Notes under the pieces: generated by a model
What the model was told of the DNA's origin: nothing
Database searches by the model: none
Seen by the model: the letters and a program-made list of their open reading frames with translations, nothing else
Translations under genes and position numbers: made by a program
Assembly (NCBI GenBank): GCA_023128455.1
Contig: JAGMDW010000132.1
Location: forward strand, 1-46,959
DNA: 46,959 nt
Source: Desulfurellaceae bacterium
Lineage (GTDB): Bacteria; Campylobacterota_A; Desulfurellia; JAGGSF01
Direction of reading: 5' to 3'
Part shown: in pieces, positions 42,049 through 46,959 of the stretch
How positions within the stretch are numbered: position 1 is the first letter of the stretch
Layout: every line of letters begins with the position of its first letter

Positions 42049-43593
42049 TCATCTATACATTTGCTCATTTTTGGGTACCCACCACTCTATAAAATTGTAC
42101 ATAATGCCTGCCTTTTCTTGCTCTATTCCCTTAAATCTTTTGTGTACTACGGATATGCCACGAGGGAAATATAAAACGATATAGGGAACTTTGTCCATAA
42201 TAATCTCGTTTATTCTTTCATAAATCTCCTTTCTCTTATTTATATTGAATGTTTCCCTTCCTTTTTTTAACAACTTATCCACTTCTTTATCCTTAAAATA
42301 TACAAAGTTAAACCCCTTTACCTGCGAGGAATGCCACAACGCATATTCATCAGGATCTACCCCCAATTGCCATCCCAATAGCACAGCATCAAAAGAACCA
42401 GATTCCAATAACCTTAAAAAAGCTTGCCATTCTAAAATCCTGATATTTATCTTTATTCCTACACTTTTAAGAAACTGCTGAATCATTATCGCCGCATAGT
42501 TTCTGTCTGTATTCCCCTGGTTGGTCAAAATGGTAAATTCAAACCTTTTACCATCTTTATCCAGGTACCCATCCTTATTGTTATCAGAAAAGCCCGCTTC
42601 TCTTAGCAATTTCCTCGCTTTTTCGGGATCATAGCTATAGATTTTCTTTTTTTGAAAGGCAAATGAACGTGGAGAATATATACAATCGTAAACATCACTA
42701 TATCCCAAAAGAATAGTATTCGCTATCTTCTCTCTATCTATAGCATAGCAGATAGCCTTTCTTACACGTTCATCAGAAAAAAGCTTGACCCGCAGGTTGA
42801 ATCCAACATAGGTGAAACCAGTACTAGGCGTGATAAATACCTGAAATTTTTCTCTCACCTTCCGTTTAAATTCATAGATATACTGCATGGGATTTAACCC
42901 CATCATATCTATGTGACCAGTATAGAGTTCCAAAAGCATCGTAGAGGCATCGGGAATGATTCTATAAATAACTTTATCTATGCGTGGTCTATCTCTAAAA
43001 TACAAAGGATTGGCAACGAGCACAATTTCCTGCCCCGCCTTCCATCTCAAGAGTTTATACGGACCTGTGCCTATGGGATGTCTATTGAATATATCTGTAT
43101 TTAAATCTTTCCCTTTTAAGATATGTTCAGGAATAATGCCCATCATCCAAGAAGGCAGGGCAGGAGCAAAAGGAACTTTATATTCCACAGAGATGATATA
43201 TTTATTTAGTATCTTCACATCCTTTATCAAAAGGAAATCGCCACTATATGGTGTAGCCACTGTACCATCGGTGAGTTTTTTATAGGTAAAGAAGACATCA
43301 CGAGCCGTAAATTCCACACCATCCTGCCATAGAATATTCTTTCTTAAATAAAAGTTAATTCTTTTTCCCTCATCCTCTATCTTGAAGCTTTCCGCCAGAT
43401 CTCCCACAATATTTAGATTTTTATCGTATTTCAAAAGTCCGTTGAATATCAAAGAGGAAATATCGCTGGATGCAGAATCTGTGGACAACATAGGAATAAG
43501 TCTCTTTGGCTCACCAATAGAACCCATAATAACGGTTGAAGAAAACGAAACAGAAGGAAAAAGCAAAAATAGCAGAATTAACGCTACTCTCAC
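42049..43593 (-). CDS. ABC transporter family-5 (peptide/nickel) solute-binding protein
   Basis: Signal peptide; GDLAES, WQDG..FTARDV.FT, PIGTGPY and VRKAICYAIDR motifs; no permease genes adjacent. Confidence 0.9.
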   Translation of the reverse strand: MRVALILLFLLFPSVSFSSTVIMGSIGEPKRLIPMLSTDSASSDISSLIFNGLLKYDKNLNIVGDLAESFKIEDEGKRINFYLRKNILWQDGVEFTARDVFFTYKKLTDGTVATPYSGDFLLIKDVKILNKYIISVEYKVPFAPALPSWMMGIIPEHILKGKDLNTDIFNRHPIGTGPYKLLRWKAGQEIVLVANPLYFRDRPRIDKVIYRIIPDASTMLLELYTGHIDMMGLNPMQYIYEFKRKVREKFQVFITPSTGFTYVGFNLRVKLFSDERVRKAICYAIDREKIANTILLGYSDVYDCIYSPRSFAFQKKKIYSYDPEKARKLLREAGFSDNNKDGYLDKDGKRFEFTILTNQGNTDRNYAAIMIQQFLKSVGIKINIRILEWQAFLRLLESGSFDAVLLGWQLGVDPDEYALWHSSQVKGFNFVYFKDKEVDKLLKKGRETFNINKRKEIYERINEIIMDKVPYIVLYFPRGISVVHKRFKGIEQEKAGIMYNFIEWWVPKNEQMYR

Positions 43594-43916
43594 GGTGTTT
43601 TTATAGGCAGCTCTGGTAACGGTTTTTGTGGTTTCTGAGGCACAGCCTTTTCTGTTTTTGTTTTTTCCATTATTGTTTTTGTTTTACTTTTGTAAAAAAT
43701 AAGAGAGATGCTAACGGAATTTGCCATAAATATAAATACTAAAACCCATGTAACCTTTGTTAAGAATGGCAAAGCTCCTCTTGCGCCAAACATCGTCCCT
43801 GCCGCGCCTGCACCAAAAGAAACACCCATCTCTGCCCCCCTTCCCTTCTGTAACAAGATAAGAAAGATGATGACAAATGCCAGTATAACCTGAACAACAA
43901 TTGAAATATAAAGCAT
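43590..43916 (-). CDS. secG: Preprotein translocase subunit SecG
   Basis: Two TM helices; LLQKGRGA..G.SFG and LTKVT motifs; follows tpiA. Confidence 0.93.
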   Translation of the reverse strand: MLYISIVVQVILAFVIIFLILLQKGRGAEMGVSFGAGAAGTMFGARGALPFLTKVTWVLVFIFMANSVSISLIFYKSKTKTIMEKTKTEKAVPQKPQKPLPELPIKTP

Positions 43917-44665
43917 TATAAATCCTTTACTCGAATAAATTCATTTACTATTTTAACAAAGCTTTCTTTATGTAAGCTTGCCCCTCCAACGAGAAAACCA
44001 TCAATGTCCTTTTCCTTTGCCAAATCTTTAGCATTTTCTGCTTTTACACTACCTCCATATAAAACAGGAATATCTTTTCCTGTTATGCGTTTTGTTAATT
44101 TCTTTATAAACCTGTGCGATTCCTGAGCCTGCTGGGGAGTAGCTATTTTTCCAGTGCCTATCGCCCATACTGGCTCATAAGCAATAATTAATCTTTCCAT
44201 CTCTGTTTTATCAAGAGTTTTTGTAATTTGAGAAGCTAAGACATCTTCTGTTTTGCCATTTTCTCTGTCTTTCAATTTCTCTCCAATACAAAGTATGGGT
44301 AAAATATCCCATCTCTTGCAAGTCAATAATTTATTCCTCAACATGGCATCATCTTCGTTAAAATAATTTCTCCTCTCTGAATGTCCAACCAATGTTAAAG
44401 AACATCCTATACTCTTTAACATAAGAGGTGAAACCTCCCCCGTATATGCACCCTCATCCTGAAAGTATATATTTTGAGTGCCGGCCTGAATTACCGAACC
44501 AAACAAAGCATCTTGAACATCTTTTAGAAAGATAGTCGGCGGAAAGACAAAGAGATCAACCTTCCTTGATTGTTGATTCAAGTTTTGTTTCAACTCACAT
44601 GCCAGATTCACCGCCTCTTCAAATGTAAAATGCATCTTCCAATTACCAGCAACAATATATTTCAT
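43916..44665 (-). CDS. tpiA: Triosephosphate isomerase
   Basis: AGNWKM, GHSERR, AYEPVWAIGTG, YGGSV and GGASL motifs. Confidence 0.98.
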   Translation of the reverse strand: MKYIVAGNWKMHFTFEEAVNLACELKQNLNQQSRKVDLFVFPPTIFLKDVQDALFGSVIQAGTQNIYFQDEGAYTGEVSPLMLKSIGCSLTLVGHSERRNYFNEDDAMLRNKLLTCKRWDILPILCIGEKLKDRENGKTEDVLASQITKTLDKTEMERLIIAYEPVWAIGTGKIATPQQAQESHRFIKKLTKRITGKDIPVLYGGSVKAENAKDLAKEKDIDGFLVGGASLHKESFVKIVNEFIRVKDL

Positions 44666-45834
44666 TCTAACGCCTCTATACCAGGCAATGTTCCTTTCTC
44701 TAAAAACTGCAAACTCGCCCCTCCTCCTGTAGAAATGAAGGTAATTCCATCGCTTTCTTTTGCTTTTTTTATAGCACTATCCGTATCCCCTCCGCCCACG
44801 ATGCTCATTGCAGGGCTTGATGCTACCTCGTGGGCAATAGAATTTGTGCCCCTTGCAAACTTATCTATCTCATAGACACCGAGAGGACCATTCCACACAA
44901 TAGTAGCCGTATCTTCCAATACCTCACTGAATAACTTGCAAGAAGCAGGACCGATGTCCGCGGCAAACCACTTGCAAGGAATTTCTTGATAAGGTACTAT
45001 TTTAGTCACTGCGTCTTCTTCTATTCTCTCTGCTACCACAAAATCTACAGGTAGGTACAATTTTATCTTTTTATCTTTGGCCTGGGAAATAGCAAATTTT
45101 GCCTGTTCTATAGAATCTTCATCAAACAGAGACGAACCCGCAGAAAAACCCATAGCATGGAGAAAAGTAAACGCCATTCCTCCACCTATAATTACCTTGT
45201 CCAAATGATCTAACAGATTTATCAATGCTCCCAACTTTGTAGATATTTTTACACCACCCAGGATGAGGGCAAAGGGTCTTGCAGGATTTTCCAATATTTT
45301 TCTCCAATATTCCATCTCTTTCAATAACAGAAGACCAGCTGCCTTTTCCTTGCACATCTTAGGCAGAACATGCACCGATGCATTTCTTCTATGAGAGGTG
45401 CCAAATGCATCACTTACATATACATCAAATAACCTCTTCAGCTGCCGGGCAAACACCTCATCGTCTCTTCTCTCTCCATCGTAGAAACGCAGGTTTTCTA
45501 ACAGGATAACATCTCCCTTTTTCATGGACGAAATTGTTTTCTCTACCCTTTCCCCTACGCAATCATCAACAAACAAAACCTTTTTCTTTAAAGCTTTGGA
45601 TAAATTCTCGGCAACCGGATATAATGAGTACTGGGAATCTCTTTTTTTTGGTCTGCCAAGATGAGATGCCAGGATAATTTTTGCCCCCCTACTCAAAGCA
45701 TACTTGATTGTGGGTAGTGTTTCTCTTATCCTCCTTTCGTCGCTGATATTTCCATCTTTATCTAAAGGCACATTAAAATCACAGCGAATAAATACTTTTT
45801 TACCATCTATATCCAGGTCTTTTATACTTTTCAC
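44662..45834 (-). CDS. pgk: Phosphoglycerate kinase
   Basis: RCDFNVP, SHLGRP, LENLRF, WNGP.G and STGGGASL motifs; start placed at GTG overlapping the gap stop (alternative ATG at 45849). Confidence 0.95.
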   Translation of the reverse strand: MKSIKDLDIDGKKVFIRCDFNVPLDKDGNISDERRIRETLPTIKYALSRGAKIILASHLGRPKKRDSQYSLYPVAENLSKALKKKVLFVDDCVGERVEKTISSMKKGDVILLENLRFYDGERRDDEVFARQLKRLFDVYVSDAFGTSHRRNASVHVLPKMCKEKAAGLLLLKEMEYWRKILENPARPFALILGGVKISTKLGALINLLDHLDKVIIGGGMAFTFLHAMGFSAGSSLFDEDSIEQAKFAISQAKDKKIKLYLPVDFVVAERIEEDAVTKIVPYQEIPCKWFAADIGPASCKLFSEVLEDTATIVWNGPLGVYEIDKFARGTNSIAHEVASSPAMSIVGGGDTDSAIKKAKESDGITFISTGGGASLQFLEKGTLPGIEALE

Positions 45835-46835
45835 TTCCTCCCTACCCATAACACCAAGTCTCTTAACCTGCAGGAATAAGCCCACTCGTTATCATACCAG
45901 GAAAGAACCTTAACCATAGTCCCACCCATTACCCTGGTGGAAAGACCATCTACAACCGCAGAACAGCTATTTCCAACGATATCTCGAGAAACTATTGGTT
46001 CCTCGGTGTATCCCAATATTCCATTCATCTCATTTTCGGAAGCTTTCCTGAAAGCATTGTTCACCTCTTCCACGGCAACATTCTTTTTAAGAATTGCTAT
46101 TATATCGGATATAGCCCCATTGACAGTGGGCACGCGCATCGCCATCCCATCGAACTTTCCCTTCAAGGCAGGAATAACCTGGGTTACCGCTACGGCAGCA
46201 TTGGTAGTTGTAGGAATAATAGACACCGCAGCTGACCGAGCTCTTCTTAAGTCCTTATGAGGAGCATCCAATAATCTTTGGTCACTGGTGTAAGAATGAA
46301 CAGTAGTCATCAATGCTTTTTCTACACCAAAACTCTCTTCTAATACCTTCATTACCGGCGTGAGGCTATTGGTAGTGCAGGAAGCATTGGAAATAATGTT
46401 GTGTTTCTCAGGATCATAATCTTTCTCATTGATCCCCATATTGATCATTACCGCATCTTTATCTTCATTTTTATATCGAGCACTCAAAACTACCTTCTTT
46501 GCTCCAGCTTGTAGATGCTTGCGGCAGTCTTCCAATTTGGTAAACAATCCCGTTGACTCTAAGACAACATCTATGCCCATATCTTTCCAGGGCAGTTTTG
46601 CAGGGTTTTTCTCTGCTAAAATCTTAATCTCCTTACCATTTACTGTAATAGAATTGTCACCTGCTTCAATATCGTAAGGAAGTATGCCAAAAGTAGAATC
46701 ATATTTCAAAAGATGAGCTAAGGTATGAGCATCTGTAATATCATTTGTAGCTGTTATATCTATCTCGTCATAATCTGCACATGCGCGAAAGAACATTCGA
46801 CCTATCCTGCCAAATCCATTGATCGCTACTTTCAT
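45831..46835 (-). CDS. gap: Glyceraldehyde-3-phosphate dehydrogenase (type I)
   Basis: INGFGRIGR, ASCTTN and WYDNEW motifs; SD AAGGAG. Confidence 0.98.
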   Translation of the reverse strand: MKVAINGFGRIGRMFFRACADYDEIDITATNDITDAHTLAHLLKYDSTFGILPYDIEAGDNSITVNGKEIKILAEKNPAKLPWKDMGIDVVLESTGLFTKLEDCRKHLQAGAKKVVLSARYKNEDKDAVMINMGINEKDYDPEKHNIISNASCTTNSLTPVMKVLEESFGVEKALMTTVHSYTSDQRLLDAPHKDLRRARSAAVSIIPTTTNAAVAVTQVIPALKGKFDGMAMRVPTVNGAISDIIAILKKNVAVEEVNNAFRKASENEMNGILGYTEEPIVSRDIVGNSCSAVVDGLSTRVMGGTMVKVLSWYDNEWAYSCRLRDLVLWVGRK

Positions 46836-46875
46836 TTTTCATATCTCCTTTATTTTTATTAAGTTCCCAATCATT

Positions 46876-46904
46876 AGATTACAACGAGACTATTTTTTTT
46901 TCAA
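46876..46904 (-). promoter_or_regulatory. Sigma70-type promoter of the gap operon
   Basis: TTGAAA-N17-TAATCT on the minus strand. Confidence 0.6.
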
Positions 46905-46915
46905 GCAATTCATGC

Positions 46916-46944
46916 TTGTCAAGGCAGACTTGTCATTGTACTAT
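46916..46944 (+). promoter_or_regulatory. Divergent sigma70-type promoter for a gene leaving the window
   Basis: TTGTCA-N17-TACTAT, then 6 nt to GTG AAA AAA at 46951. Confidence 0.5.
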
Positions 46945-46959
46945 GAACGTGTGAAAAAA

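Overview
AT-rich, very densely packed bacterial core-genome window that contains the replication origin region. The gene set and the dnaA-dnaN-gyrB order without recF suggest an anaerobic Campylobacterota (Desulfurellales-like) or deltaproteobacterial lineage; this is an inference. Contents from left to right: (1) tRNA-Glu (partial)-hup-tRNA-Val-tRNA-Asp on +; (2) a 17-gene minus-strand run, dnaA-dnaN-gyrB-gyrA-prenyl synthase-hemA-hemC-hemD-split transketolase-ftsE-ftsX-envC-ctpA-divergent deacetylase-tsaD-pfkA; (3) a tetraheme cytochrome c / TAT 4Fe-4S protein / NrfD / monoheme cytochrome c operon; (4) iorAB, a CinA N-terminal-domain gene and an Amidase_3 gene; (5) a 13-gene plus-strand run from ruvX to trpS; (6) gap-pgk-tpiA-secG-solute-binding protein-accB-accC on minus. 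I found no mobile element, CRISPR array or defence island, and I cannot point to a clearly new multi-gene system. Best leads: an oriC with standard DUE/DnaA-trio/GC-cluster layout but non-canonical ...AACACA-type boxes, next to a DnaA whose recognition helix is altered (RDHTT to NSHAT); a ~2 kb zone of reversed strand composition around oriC; repeated leaderless-type promoters; two small ORFs with hairpin-sequestered ribosome-binding sites upstream of dnaA; an FtsE that has lost several ATPase motifs; and a quinol-oxidising cytochrome module with no catalytic subunit.
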